A stretch of DNA of 64,000 nt. Origin: Octopus sinensis. Its lineage: Eukaryota. The DNA lies in contig NC_043016.1 of NCBI RefSeq assembly GCF_006345805.1, positions 6,014,001 through 6,078,000 of the forward strand. The letters run 5' to 3'. The notes beneath the pieces were generated by a model. The model saw only the letters and a program-made list of their open reading frames with translations, ran no database searches and had not been told where the DNA came from. Below are positions 49,400 through 62,742 of this stretch, in pieces (the first letter of the stretch is position 1; every line of letters starts with the position of its first letter). Made by a program: the position numbers and the translations under genes.

Positions 49400-50150
49400 A
49401 ACATGACAAACTCTACATGGCTACTTGTTCTGGCAGAAATAGCAGCCAAATTTCCCTCAAATCACACCTTATTGTTATAAAAATAAAAGGACGCATTGGA
49501 TGTGTTCCTGGGTTCACTGTACAAGGAAAAAAGATAAGAGGTTCAGAACTGGAATGTCTGGTCATAGATGCCATTAATCAGGATTGTACCAGGGCTAAAC
49601 AACAACCAAACAGTCCATGTATTCTATTATATTTTAGGTAAACTTTTATTGTTTCCTGCTCATCAATATTTTTTCCAAGGGGGTGAGAAGAAGAGTTTCA
49701 AATCAGGAAAACCAAATAAGTTGGAACAACTGCATTATGAGGCAACAAAGACGGTGGGGTACACATCTGCAGTAATGTTAAACGTCCCTCTCTTCTATGA
49801 ATCACCACAGCTCATCTCTGCTGTATTGCAACTCATGCAATAATTTCAGATTGCCAGTATCCTGATTAGCAACAATATTATTAGGCATTGCCAAATTCAT
49901 CAGGACTTTTGCCCAGGTTGGTAAGTTTGTTGTTGATCATAACGGCTCTCGCTAATCAAATGGTTGGTGTTTCTTCCCTTTCACAGCTATGCTACTTTCA
50001 GAGTATTATCCCATTATGCACTGTTTTGGCTATTTATGAAGGTATCCAAAAAAACTGCATATCTTGGGAATCCAAGGTCCAATTTACGTGAAATTTGTTT
50101 TATTCCATTTCAGGAGTACCTTAATTCAGAGTATTTTCCCATTATTTTGC
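49400..50150 (-). pseudogene. Degenerate Helitron Rep/helicase linker remnant
   Basis: Frame-broken peptides WDNTLKVA, INNKLTNLGKSPDEFG, LLHELQYSRDEL and LTLLQ resemble Helitron RepHel motifs HWD.TL.EA, GKSL.DFG.P and EL.YD...L...LT.EQ. Confidence 0.5.
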
Positions 50151-50765
50151 CTTTCACCAGTTGAACACTGGGGTCAATCTAATCAAGTTACCCCAGCCCC
50201 AAAATTGTTGGTGTTTTGCCCAAATTTGAAGTGAATATTTTATCTCAATAAGGCGGTGATTTGGCAGAACTGCTGGAGGATGCCAGGCAAAATGCTTAGC
50301 AGCATATCATCCGTCTTTATGTTCTAAGTTCAAATTCCGCCAAGGTTAACGCTACCTGTCATCCCTCAGGACCGATTAAATAAGTGCCAGTTGAGCACTG
50401 GTGTCGATGAACTTGCTGGCCTTGTGCGAAAATCTGAAACCAATATATATTCTTTGTGTTGGGGAGGGGATCTTTTTCTTTTTCTAAATAAAGAACACAA
50501 AATTAATTTAGTCAATAACTGAGGCATTTTAAATATGTAAAAGTGGATAATTTTATGTTACCTTGTTACTTTTGGAGTTAGTATTCACATCCACTTTGAA
50601 GACACACGTTGGGGTACAAGGAATTTTAGCTTTCAGTTCCCCATTCAGTGACCAATGGAACACACTGGGCTCACTGCCAGCTGATAAAATCTGAGAAAGA
50701 ATTGGAAAATTGTAAATAGAAGTTAATTATTTTGTTAATTTTTATAAAATGTTTAATATATTTAA

Positions 50766-50985
50766 CCCTTTCATTACTGTATTTCTGTTGAGATGCTCTG
50801 TGTTTCTTTCAATTACTTTAAATATAACAAAGAATTTAGTAAAATAACTTAGTTATCATTCAGCTAGTGTTAGGAACATAAATTGTGACTAAGGTTTAGT
50901 GGAAGATTTTAATTCAAAACTTATGAAAACAAGACATTTGTACTCAGAGCCAGAGCTGGTTTCAGCCGGGTTGGTAACGAAAGGG
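50766..50985 (+). mobile_element. TTAA-flanked MITE (piggyBac-type ends CCCTTT...AAAGGG)
   Basis: TTAA at 50762-65 and 50986-89; 220 bp. Confidence 0.85.
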
Positions 50986-51194
50986 TTAATATATGTAATT
51001 TTATGTAGATGTGACTGCATCAGCATGTCTGTTCGTCAACTTCATATTTGAACTCTATGAAAGTCATGAGTGGTTTGTTACCATTGTTGCTTCTCCTGAA
51101 CAGTCATTCGCTTCATGTCTTTGAAGACATGTGAAATAAGAGATGCTTACTTGAAAAACAGGTAAGAATTAATGACAGGAAGGGCATCCAAATA

Positions 51195-51555
51195 TAAAAC
51201 AACCCATGCTAACATAGGAAAACAGATGTAAAAACCAACCAGTGCTGGTGGCACATAAGAGAACCATCCAAACGTGGCCATTGCCAGCGCCGCCCCAACT
51301 GGCTTCTGTGCCGGTGGCACATAAAAAGCACCATCCGATTGTGACCGTTTGCCAGCCTCGTCTAGCACATAAAAAGCACCCACTACACTCATGGAGTGGT
51401 TGGCGTTAGGAAGGGCATCCAGCTGTAGAAACATTGCCAGATCAGACTGGGCCTGGTGCAGCCTTCTGGCTTCCCAGACCCCAGTTGAACCATCCAACCC
51501 ATGCCAGCATGGAAAGCGGATGCTAAACGATGATGATGATGATGATGATGATGAT
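51195..51555 (+). mobile_element. RTE 3'UTR-derived repeat with (GAT)n tail
   Basis: ggaagggcatccagctgtagaaac...ccaacccatgccagcatggaaagcgga..gatgatgat; also at 60825-61030 and, on the minus strand, 59108-59420 and about 6230-6380. Confidence 0.8.
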
Positions 51556-52034
51556 GTAATATGAAGTCATGAAATGTTAACAGGGGAGATTTCTGAATAA
51601 GGATAATGTGTGCAAGGGGACAAGTGCTACCCCAAGTGCTACTCCAAGAGATGAACCAGCTACAACTGAAATGTAGGGAAGCAGTCAAACCATCTAAGAT
51701 CATTTCTGGGAGGCTGATAATATTTGGCAAAGTAGGACACAATATTGGTCACTTGCCGTTTGCATAGTTAATTAGGTAGAACAAGAAGAGGCCATTTATA
51801 ATGACTAATGTCACTGTGTCGTTACCAGCTGCTACAATGGCATCATCATCATCATTGTTTGACCGTGGTCGAGACAATGGAATTTACCATGCTACGCCAG
51901 ACTTCACGGTCCATCATGGCATTACGGAGGTCCTGTTGCTGGATGCCTGTATCCCTGGAGATTACATCAGAGTAAAAGAGTGTGCGACCTCTGTTATCGC
52001 TACAATGGCAAAGGAGATGCTTTAAAAAAAAAAC

Positions 52035-52470
52035 AACTACAGAGGAATCATAATGAAGGACTAAGTTTTGAAAGTAACAGAAAGAATCCTAGCACAATTG
52101 ATTAAGAAGACAAGATTAGATGTGATATAATTCAGGTTTCTGTGAGGATGATGTGACAACGATGCACCGCTTATTAGTAACACGAAAATAGATGTGTCTG
52201 ACTATGAGTTAGCCACTATACTTAGTATTTGTCTGATCTGGAAAAGGGTTTTGACAGAGTACCACACTCTATAGTCTGGTCATAACACGACAGCTAAATG
52301 TAGAGGAATGGTTAGAGACAGCCATACAAGCAGTGTCTAGCAGAGCCAGATGACAGTGAGTTCAGTAAGGAATTTATCATTCAGTTTGGTATCTGTGAGG
52401 GGTATGTTCTCAGCTTATTAGTCATCCAGACAACAATAGAGGAGTTTAAGAACGACTGACAAATGGGCAA
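52035..52470 (+). mobile_element. RTE reverse transcriptase fragment, degenerate
   Basis: DLEKGFDRVPHSIVW...LNVEEWL..AIQAV. Confidence 0.7.
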
Positions 52471-52745
52471 TTCTGTAAAAAGAAGTGAGCTACTCCACAT
52501 TGTTGAATCTGTTAAGGAATATATATAATATAATATACGTATAATGAAATTATTGTATACAGTGCTCAGGTGCACGACAACTTGTCAAAAGTGCATATAA
52601 AGCATATGCAGTAATGTACAAATGTCTGGAAAGTGAACAGTGTATGAGGCAGATACATGCTTGCCAGGTCATAGTGCTAGTCAAATATATTTATGGATGT
52701 ATATATGTGTGTGTGTTGTTTAAGTAAGTAAATAATAATCTAGAG

Positions 52746-53128
52746 TGGAGGCGCAATGGCCCAGTGGTTAGGGCAGCGGACTCGCGGTCGTAGGATCGCG
52801 GTTTCGATTCCCAGACCGGGCGTTGTGAGTGTTTATTGAGCGAAAACACCTAAAAGCTCCACGAGGCTCCAGCAGGGATGGTGGTGATCCCTGCTGTACT
52901 CTTTCACCACAACTTTCTCTCACTCTTACTTCCTGTTTCTGTTGTACCTGTATTTCAAAGGGCCGGCCTTGTCACTCTCTGTGTCACGCTGAATATCCCC
53001 GAGAACTACGTTAAGGGTACACGTGTCTGTGGAGTGCTCAGCCACTTACACGTTAATTTCACGAGCAGGCTGTTCCGTTGATCGGATCAACCGGAACCCT
53101 CGTTGTCGTAACCGACGGAGTGCTTCCA
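52746..53128 (+). mobile_element. SINE family C, full length
   Basis: A box tggcccagtgg, B box ggtttcgattcc; TSD aata(a/g)tctagag at 52734-45 and 53129-40. Confidence 0.93.
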
Positions 53129-53441
53129 AATAGTCTAGAGATTGAGTAGTGTTGTACTTACTGTATCTTGGTGAATCAAAGCATGTTTTTGGCAACTCTT
53201 GGGAGTATCAAATGCAGTTGTTGCAGACAAAGACCTCATGTGCCACAAAGAGAGCTTGGGTCCTCCACCACACACCTGTAAAATGACGAAACATATTTAT
53301 GATAACAGAACATAACGGTAGCCTGAAGAACAGGATGAGATTTTCCATACTATGGTTTGTGATATTTTATAATAGCCTGATATTAGGGTCTACTATGATA
53401 TTATGATACACAACAATACACTATGCTACTGTACTATGCTT

Positions 53442-53638
53442 TTAAGTTTAATTCTATAGATTTTCTATAGAAATTTAGAGCCAGCACTGAAAGTTATGAT
53501 GTTTTATATATGAATACATCAACGTAAACAATGCGATATTTTCAATTGCATTATTTACATAAACATATTTGTATACAAATGTTGTAGCTTTCAGTGTTGG
53601 TTCTGGATCCTATAGAAAATCTATAGAGATAAACTTAA
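53442..53638. mobile_element. Hairpin MITE-like element
   Basis: ttaagttta..ctatagattttctatag..gccagcactgaaag versus ctttcagtgttgg..ctatagaaaatctatag..taaacttaa. Confidence 0.6.
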
Positions 53639-53876
53639 CAATGGGAATATTGCACTGCTAACACAGAGAAAGAAGACACAATATTAACTTATAAACCTTT
53701 AATATACTAAGCAGTATATTATGATTGCAAAAACAAAATACTGTGTCCTTGCTAGCATTTAATATTTAGAGTAGAACTATGATATCTTATGGTATAGTAT
53801 GATACACTATGATATGATATATAGTGGAAGTACAATATACTACTATAAGCTTTGGAACTATGATGTATATATTATA

Positions 53877-54107
53877 TATTTCTTTACTACCCACAAGGGG
53901 CTAAACACAGAGGGGACAAACAAGGACAGACAAACGGATTAAATCGATTACATCGACTCCAGTGCATAACTGGTACTTTATTTATCAACCCCGAAAGGAC
54001 GAAAGGCAAAGTCGACCTCAGCGGAATTTGAACTCAGAACGTAACGACAGATGAAATACCGCTAAGCATTTCGCCCGGCGCACTAACGATTCTGCCAGCT
54101 CGCCACC
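53877..54107 (-). mobile_element. SINE family A, full length
   Basis: Reverse complement of the 8135-8368 family. Confidence 0.92.
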
Positions 54108-54737
54108 ATATATATGTATATACTATAGTACTATGATATACTATGGTATGCAATGATACTATGATATACTAATAGTATGCTATGGTTCTATGTCAATCTG
54201 TCTCCATATCTTCATGTAACCTATACGCTGACATGTCATTTCCCTTTTGTCATTCCCCCATCTTATTATTATTATTATTACTTATTATTACTATTCTACT
54301 GCTCTTTACCCCTTCCTGTATTGCCAGTCATCACCTGCTTGCCTTTACCTTCCCTCTAATTTGTTTGTATCTTCAATCATCCCCCCACCTTTGTCTACCA
54401 TTCATTACATCTACTCCTCACCTTCCAAATAATCTCTACAGTCATCACCTACTCTCCCTTACTTTCCCTTCAACATATTTATCAACAACCCTCTATCCTT
54501 GCTCATCATTCTTTACACTCACCATCACCCACTTTTAACCATCCCACTCTTAACCGCTCACTAGCCATCCCTTACTCTCCTCACACACTCTAGTAGCCTC
54601 TACTAACCACTCTGTTCCGTTTCTGTCACCATTCACTTCTATTCCCCTTCTTGTACCTTGAGGACTCGCTTGTTCATTCACTATCATCATTATATCTCTT
54701 TCCAGTTCCAACCAACCACTCCCACTCACTTTTTTAA

Positions 54738-54958
54738 CCCTTTCATGACCAACCCGGCTGAAACCGGCTCAGTCTCTGAGTACAAATGTCTTGCTTTCAA
54801 AAGTTCCTAATTAAAATCTTCCACCAAACCTTAGTCACAATTTATGTTCCTAACACTAGCTGAATGATAACGAAGTTATTTTACTAAATTCTTTGTTATA
54901 TTTAAAATTAATTGAAAGAAACACAGAGCATCTCTACAGGAATACAGTAATGAAAGGG
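54738..54958 (-). mobile_element. TTAA-flanked MITE, inverted copy of 50766-50985
   Basis: TTAA at 54734-37 and 54959-62. Confidence 0.85.
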
Positions 54959-55621
54959 TTAATATATGACTAATGATGGTATTTCCTCTTCAGCAAGAAA
55001 CCTGTTCTGTTCTGGCCCCTTTTTTTCATACTTTAACTCCTCATCTCTTAGCATAAAGCTACCTTCCTTCCTTAATCAAGCCTAACTTGTCAAAGACCTT
55101 AGTTCTGCAGGGTACATGGTGACTTCACTAATGCAGGTACCACAAAAAAAAAAAAGAGAGTAATGATATTAATCAATAATCAATAAGGGGCATGGCTGTG
55201 TAGTTAGGGAGCTTGCTTCCTAGCTACATGGTTTCGGGTTCGGTCCCACCGCGTGACACTTTGGGCAAGTGTCTTCTGCTATAGCCCCAGGCCGACCGAA
55301 GCTTTGTGATTGAATTCGGTAACCGGAAGTTACTGCCGTGTATATGTGTGTGTAGGTGCTTGTGCCTCCCCAAAAGAGAGAGAAGGGACATCATTCTCAG
55401 TCTTTAACAGCCTAATTTGCTGTTAAATACATTGGAACATGTGTTTTAAAGAAAATAGTTGTGAAGATCATGGCTGGAATGTCTTTGATCTTAGGTCTGC
55501 TCTGAGACTAGATAACAACAAAAATAACTTTAGTTAAACTGTCCCTTTTACCCCACCGTGGAGGAAATGTGTTTCACTCATGAATACAATGATTCACTAC
55601 TGGTGTACACATACACTCTCA

Positions 55622-55653
<32 letters not shown>

Positions 55654-56468
55654 GTAATTAATTACTTACCAGCCAATCATCTCCTGTATCCATGGCAACA
55701 CATCCTAACCACTTGCCAAATTCTGGACGGCCACACATCTAGAATTAATGAAGAAGAAAATGTATAATACATAATTTACTTAAGGTCAGATGACTACATG
55801 TGGCTACAGGTAATGGAAAAAAATGAAGGCAAAAAGGTCTTGTGACAGGTGGGGAAAGGGGATGTAGAGGATAGGGCAAAATGGAGAAGATTCATGGGGC
55901 CAGTAAGACAAGCACTTAGCTTAGAAGAGAAAAAGAGCTTGAAATATTTAGCTTATGTAGTCAGAAATATATTGAACAGAAGAAGAAGAAGAAGAAGAGG
56001 GCGGTGGCGGCAGCCGCCGCCGCCACCACCACCACCACAACCACCACCATCATCATCATCAATATTATCAAATCCACTTTTACATGCATGTATGGGTTGG
56101 ACGAAGTTGGCTGTGGCAGATTTTCTACAGTCTGATGCTTTCCTGTTGCCAAATATATTTTCAAGCAAACAGTTCCTCATGGCCAGACATGTTTTTGAGG
56201 TTACAGTTATATTGTAAATATAATGACAATATAAATGTATGACAGTTACACTATCAATGTGTAGTTAAAATAGATGTAACTCATATATAGTAGATACACA
56301 GGCAGGGCTAATTCAGCTATTTCTCTATAGATTGATAAATGATGAACAACTTTTGAATCCTATTGGATTCTCATCTATTTGACTAATCCAAGAGAAACAA
56401 GCATCCAATCTAGATACTCAACTATTACAGTAGCTACAGAGACCAAAAATGGCTTGAAAGTCCTAACA

Positions 56469-57000
56469 TGCCGGCGGGAAATAACATCACTAGGCGAGAC
56501 AAGCTGACACTGAATTAGCTTCGCTGACTGACAGGTGACGGTCGTTTAGAGAATGTGCGGGCTAAAACTACACGCCTTCACTAGTCAGTTAGGGTGAGAC
56601 AGTGTCACAGGACAACTTGCTGGGGCTGCCTGCTGGAGCCTAGCGGTAGGTATTTAAAGGGAACATTTGACAAGTCAGCCAGTCACCAGCTGACACTCGC
56701 TGACGATACATCGAAGAGGCCAGGGAACAGAAGAAAGAAGAAATGCACCCAACACCAGAGCTGAAGACACTTCCGAAAGGAGGGGCCCTGCCACATCAAA
56801 ATGGTAGAGGAGTTGGGGCCAAAACCAGACGTGGTTCCTCCTGATGATGTCTTGAGCTAACTGGATCCTATAAAAGAGCTGCTGTGGTAGCAGACCACGA
56901 AACACGGTTGTAATTCCTCCTGGAGCTACTAATTTGCATAGCATATGTATCAATACTTTACTGAATATCAAGGCCCTGTCAACAGGGATCTTAAGCCACA
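56469..57000 (+). mobile_element. Possible solo LTR
   Basis: GC-rich block with TG...CA ends and an internal tatttaaa; no TSD confirmed. Confidence 0.3.
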
Positions 57001-57590
57001 CAGTTTCAAGCTATGGTATGATATATGTAACTTATATAGCAGATATATTAACAAGGTAATTTAGCTATTTCTCAGTAGAGTGAGAACATGAGGAAGAACC
57101 TTTTGATCTCTACATAATATTAGTCATTCTATCATTTCACAATACTTATAGATAAACTGAACCAAGTATGTAGTTAAAAAAAACATTCCATCTTTAGCCA
57201 TTCTTCACAATCCTGTGAAAAACTTGTGAAAAGAAAGAAAAATGATCACCAGAAACTTGTGAAAGAAGTTTACAGAAGTGGTAATTCCAAATAAATGTGT
57301 AAAAAGAAAGAAATATTAAAAATTACAAATCAGGGATCATTGAATATAATTTTGATTTACCTCATTCTTGTATGGCTCCAACATGCAAACGGCTTCATTG
57401 GAAGATCTTGCATCTAGAATATGGAGAAAAAGGGAGAGAAGCATTGATATAACACAATTCCAGTGTTAGTGATGTCATTAATAGTTAGATAGCATGATTT
57501 GCTCCAACAGAAACTCGACCATAATAAAATATTTAAGGAGGAACAATATTTTAATTAGATAGCAATGAGGGTAGAATAGATAAAGATAAA

Positions 57591-57821
57591 GGCAGCGAGC
57601 TGGCAGAATCGTTAGCACACCGGGCGAAATGCTTAGCAGTATTTTGTCTGCCTCTACGTTCTGAGTTCAAATTCCGCCGTGGCCGACTTTGCCTTTCATC
57701 CTTTTGGAGTCGATAAATAAAGTACCAGTTATGCACTGGGGTCGATATAATCGACTTAATTCGTTTGTCTGTCCTTGTTTGTCCTCTCTGTATGTAGCCC
57801 CTTGTGGGTAGTAAAGAAATA
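57591..57821 (+). mobile_element. SINE family A, full length
   Basis: Family match; agaatagata repeated at 57573-82 and 57822-31. Confidence 0.9.
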
Positions 57822-59107
57822 AGAATAGATATTTGGTGTATTGCACTTACAAGGTGCTTTTTATATTGTCAAATAATGTGATTGAAGTGAAGAAGTAAAG
57901 TCATTTTCTAGTACAATCTCGGTTACAACATCATCTTCATTTTGTGATGTCACCATCCTCGACATTAGCGAGTCAACACCCACTTTCAATGACGACCCTA
58001 GGTTGGACAGGATTACAATACACCTCCCCAATTGTCTCAGTTTTGCATGTTCTCATTTCTGTGTCTATCATATCTCACCCCCACCTTTGTAACAGCTGCA
58101 CTGATTGATGCTGCCAGACAGACATCTGTACGTATATATGGAGGCTGGGGTAAAATTTTATTAGAAGGAAGATTAATAGTTGCTCATACATGCAAAATTC
58201 TTTTCTCCACACAGCAGATGGTTATCCAAGAGAAAGCCACCAACTTGGGCTAGAATCATTGCAAATGCTGCTTTCAGAACACAAAAAGCCAAAACAAATA
58301 CTGTAAAGCATTTCTCCCAACTCTCAAATATTTCCACCAATCTATTGCCTTGGGTAGATACTCCTTTTTTTTATCCCCCCACCCACCCAAAAAAAAGAAT
58401 GAAAGGCAATGTTGACTTCAGTAAGATGTAAACTCAGAGTAGAGACAATCAGAACAAATCTATCCAACACTGTTATGACTATCAATTTGTTAGTAAGAAT
58501 TCGATAGTAAGAATTCAAATAAAGTAGCCCTGAAAAGGGCTTTAATGTGTTCCCAGAGTATACAGAACTTAGGAGGAAATACTAATAAGGTATGTATACT
58601 AAAATTGTGAAGCATGTTACGTAATAACAGGGTAATCAAATATGAGATAATAACAATTCAAAGTAAATAACTCTGAAAAGGGCTTTTGTGTGTTCCCAGA
58701 GAATATTACCCTCAGGGGTGCTAGTGTTGGTATATTTGTGAATAAGTCACTAACCAAAATAAGTGGATCTACTGTTTAGGAAAATACTATTTACTTGTTT
58801 AAGGGTTGTACTGGATAAATTGCAAAAATAAGTCAACAGTTTAAATACTAAGAAATAAGTATACTCAATTTCATTTTTACCAAATAATTTAGGAAAATAA
58901 ATGGGTTATTTCCTTTGGCTATATATAAGGATCACTTCCAGGGGCGAGTGGGTTATCTCCCTTGGTTCTTAAAATAAAATACATATTTTTAAAAATAATT
59001 TTGTAATAACTTATCTTTCATATGTATTATATTAAAATAATATCCCCTTAGTATATCACTTTAACCCTAAATTCATATATTTATGTATGTGTATGTATAT
59101 ATGTATA

Positions 59108-59940
59108 TATCATCATCATCATTTAACGTCCGTTTTCCATGCTAGCATGGGTTGGACGGTTCGACTGGGATCTGGGAAGCCAGGAGGCTGCACCAGGCTC
59201 CAATCTGATCTGGCAGTGTTTCTACTGTTGGATCCCCTTCCTAATGCCAAACACTCCGTGAGTGTAGTGGGTGCTTTTTGTGTGCCTCCGGCACAGGTGC
59301 CAGGGGAGGCTGGCAACGACCACGATTGGCTGGTGCTTTTTACATGCCACCAGCACTGAAGCAAGTCAAGGTGGCGCTGGCATTGGCCACGTTTGGATGG
59401 TGCTTTTTACATGCCATCAACACAGGTATCACAACTACAATTTCCATTTGATTTTTATTTTGATGTTGATGTACTTGACTCAATAGGTCTCCACAAGCAC
59501 AGCAGGTCACCCTACGATCCAAGGTAAGCACAGCAGGCCGTCCTGCAATCCAAGGTACTTTGGATGGCTGGGGCTGCTATGTGAAGCTGGTGCAGGAAAC
59601 AGCCATGAACTCACGTTATTTGTCGGGTCTTCGCAGTCACAGCATATCTCCAGAGATCTTGTTCTTTCATCATTGCCTCTGTGAGGCCCAACTTTTGAAG
59701 GTCATGCTTGACCACCTCATCCCATGTCTTCTTGGGTCTACCTCTACCCAGGATTCCTTCAACTGTTTGGGAGTGGCACTTCTTCACACATCTCTCCTCA
59801 CCCATCCATAGTACATGACCATACCAGCGCAAACGTCTCTCTTGCACGCCACATATAATGCTTCTTATGTCCAGCATTTCTCTCAGGGCGCTTACACTCT
59901 GTCATGTGTGCACACTGACATTACACATCCAGCTAGCTTT
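59108..59940 (-). mobile_element. RTE LINE 3' end (C-terminal ORF plus 3'UTR)
   Basis: VQERRLRWYGHVLWMGEERCVKKC....VEG..GRGRPKKTWDEVVKHDL; (GAT)n tail at about 59108. Confidence 0.9.
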
Positions 59941-61164
59941 TCCTCAAACAGCCTAACACACTTTTGGACAGCTGGATGCCATGCCCCGCGGACAATGTTA
60001 CACAAATACAATAAAAAAATAATGACCGACATTCAGGTAAGCCAGTTCTTTCTTTCGTGATCTGGCCGTTGTCCGCACAATATTGATATTCCTCCCTGTG
60101 TTTGTGAATTCTTGTATCCCCGCCGTAAGGCTTCATTTCCACACACACCAGCTTAATTTAATTCGTCCTTAGTTGAAAGACACCTGTTGTTATGTCCTGT
60201 TATTTGTATTTGTGTACCATTTCTGTTTTTTCTGTCCTTGTTTTCATAGACATTCACTGCTTTCTTCCAAGGAATCTAGTGCTCTTAGCTTAGTTTTTCC
60301 TTGGGGCTGGCCAGACTGGAGCAATCTCAAGTATAACCAGCCAAAATTGCTAAGATAATATGGAACTCGACTGAGGAAAGAAAACCCTGAATGACCCATC
60401 CTTCTTTTCTTTGTATCATCTGTCTGGATGTTTTGTGTTCTTGTCCCATTTTTGTATTTTTTATATATAAAAATATAGCGGCATACATACACTTTGGTCT
60501 CTTACATGTAAGTATATATATATATATCTAAATTTTGTACAACTCTATTATTCTTTCATTCTTTCCTTCTTTCTATCAGCCCCTTCACACTTACTTCATT
60601 CATTCCAACCTTCGTTCTTTCATTCCCCCTCTCTCACATTTCCTTGCCTTATCTTCATGCTCACCTTCGCTCCTCTTTCACTTCACTCTATCCCTTTCAT
60701 TTTTTCTCGCCCCTCCTTAATTCTTCTATCTCTCTGCCTCGATCTCTCTCTCTCTCTCTCTCTCTTCTCTCCCCACGTGACCGGTGTTCGGCCAAGCCTG
60801 ACCTTTCTTTCTTGATTCGACTTCTGGCCTCCGTGCCAGTGGCACGTACAAAGCACCAACCGATCGTGGCCGTTTGCCAGCCTCGTCTGGCACATAAAAA
60901 GCACCCACTACACTCACGGAATGGTTGGCATTAGGAAGGGCATCCAGCTGTAGAAACACTGCCAGATCAGACTGTCCAACCCATGCTAGCATGGAAAGCA
61001 GACGTTAAACAATGATGATGATGATGATGATTCTGACCTCCCACTAGTTTCAAAGGTCCTTAAATGTCACATGGGCTCTGCTATTCCACCTCTTATTAAA
61101 TATTTTTTAAATATTTAAATAAAACAACAAAACTGGTGTAACTAGACATTTTATGGACTGCTTC

Positions 61165-61200
61165 CTTCTGATGATGGGCACTTGCACCAGAAATGTTAAG
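61165..61200 (+). ncRNA. Decayed minimal hammerhead
   Basis: ctt-CTGATGA-tgg...cca-GAAA-tgtt-aag; helix III ACGT appears decayed to ATGT. Confidence 0.4.
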
Positions 61201-62185
61201 TTTTTTAAACAACTTTCTGCATTCATAGAAGCTTTCTATATTTTCTACTTCTACACTAAAATGTTTCAAGCAAACTACAACGTTTTTATATTTAAATACC
61301 TTGCAGTATTTTCATCACACTCCTTTATGTTTTGAGTTCAAATTCTACCAAGGTTATTTTTGATTTTTATCCTTCTGGGATCAGTAAAATAACATACCAT
61401 AAATTCTCTCTAATTCTGGTATTTAACTGATTTGCTTTATGGTTTTGTTGTTGTTGTTGTTTTTTTTAAACTGAAACACAACTTACCCCAGATTCGGACA
61501 GTGCCATCTTCAGCAGCAGACACACATTCTTGCCGAGTGTTACACAGTGTCACACAATGTATATAATCTTTGTGTCCTGACAATGTTGACTGCAATGATA
61601 AAATTTAGTTTTTAAAAAATTTCCAAAAATACTTACAAATTAAAATATTCTTTTTTCACTTTTCAGATATTAGAAGCAGTTAAAAGGCTCTTGTTTTTGT
61701 TGCTACTGCTATTGTTGCTGTTGTTGTTAATAACAGTAAGTCCAATAGCAACTGCATGCAAATATAGGAAAATTCAAAGTAAAATTGATGAATCAAAAAC
61801 CAAAAGATTTTGGATGATTTTTTTTATTGTTTTTATTTTAAATGTTCTATATAATTCTTTGATCAGAGTCAAGCTAGCACCTACTTCTGAGATTTTTTTT
61901 CAAATATGTTTATTTCTCTAACATCACAATATTGTGGTACTGACTTTAGAGAAAACATTATGTATAGTGGACATCTGCTGTTGATGACATGCAAATTTGC
62001 AGAAATCCCAGAATCTAGCAATCCCACTGCTGGACACTTCTTGCCTGCAACTGATACCTCTCTACTTTTCGCTACTATACATTTTACAAGAGATATTTTC
62101 ACAAGAACAGTTGTGTGGCTTTCTTACACTATAAGAGTATAACAAAAAGAGAGAATGCTGTGTGCAATGAACTGTAATACCTTAA

Positions 62186-62742
62186 CCCTTTCATTACTAT
62201 ATAGTTGAATTTAATGCACAGCAGGACAGGTGCACCATAAAGGTGAAATAAACTGAAATATTGGAATCCACCGCAAGTTTGACCAAACTAAAGAAATCGG
62301 TCAAAAAATAATATATGGCTCTGGTTATGGTATGGAAGTGATAAATTCAGGCAACAATTTAGATACAACATTTTTTTTTTAAATGAGGGAGAGGTGCTGG
62401 AAAGAGAAAAAAAAACAAGAAAAGAAATTCCACTTCCTCACAGAATGCTAACAACAACATATATACACCCCTCATGAGTTTCAATTAAATCTAAAATAAT
62501 CATGAATTTAGACTAGCTTCATTAAATAACTAACTTTTTTACTTATCAGCATGTGATATTTGGAACATAATTAAAGAAAGGGTTCTTAATCAATTCTATT
62601 GCATAACTTTTGTCTCAAAGTGACTTTAATTACAGGTAAATCCAGGTAAACAGCAAAAGGGTTCTTAATCAATTCTATTGCATAACTTTTGTCTCAAAGT
62701 GACTTTAATTACAGGTAAATCCAGGTAAACTGAGCAAAAGGT
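62186..62742 (+). mobile_element. TTAA-type MITE interrupted by a 257-bp local duplicate and a ~75-bp tandem duplication
   Basis: Starts ttaa|ccctttcattac; ends ...gcaaaagg; internal repeat 62577-62651 / 62656-62731. Confidence 0.5.

Noticed and set aside
49850-49925. Apparent + strand exon (ttcag|...|gtaagt)
   Set aside because: The peptide is unrecognisable and the opposite strand is better explained as a Helitron remnant.
57890-58090. Cadherin-like peptide DVTILDISESTPTF on the + strand
   Set aside because: Lacks the DxND and other cadherin calcium motifs, is short, and has no supporting exon structure.
61480-61520. Minus-strand CTGAAGA...GAAT hammerhead-like string
   Set aside because: GAAA core not intact, and no helix I or palindromic helix III.
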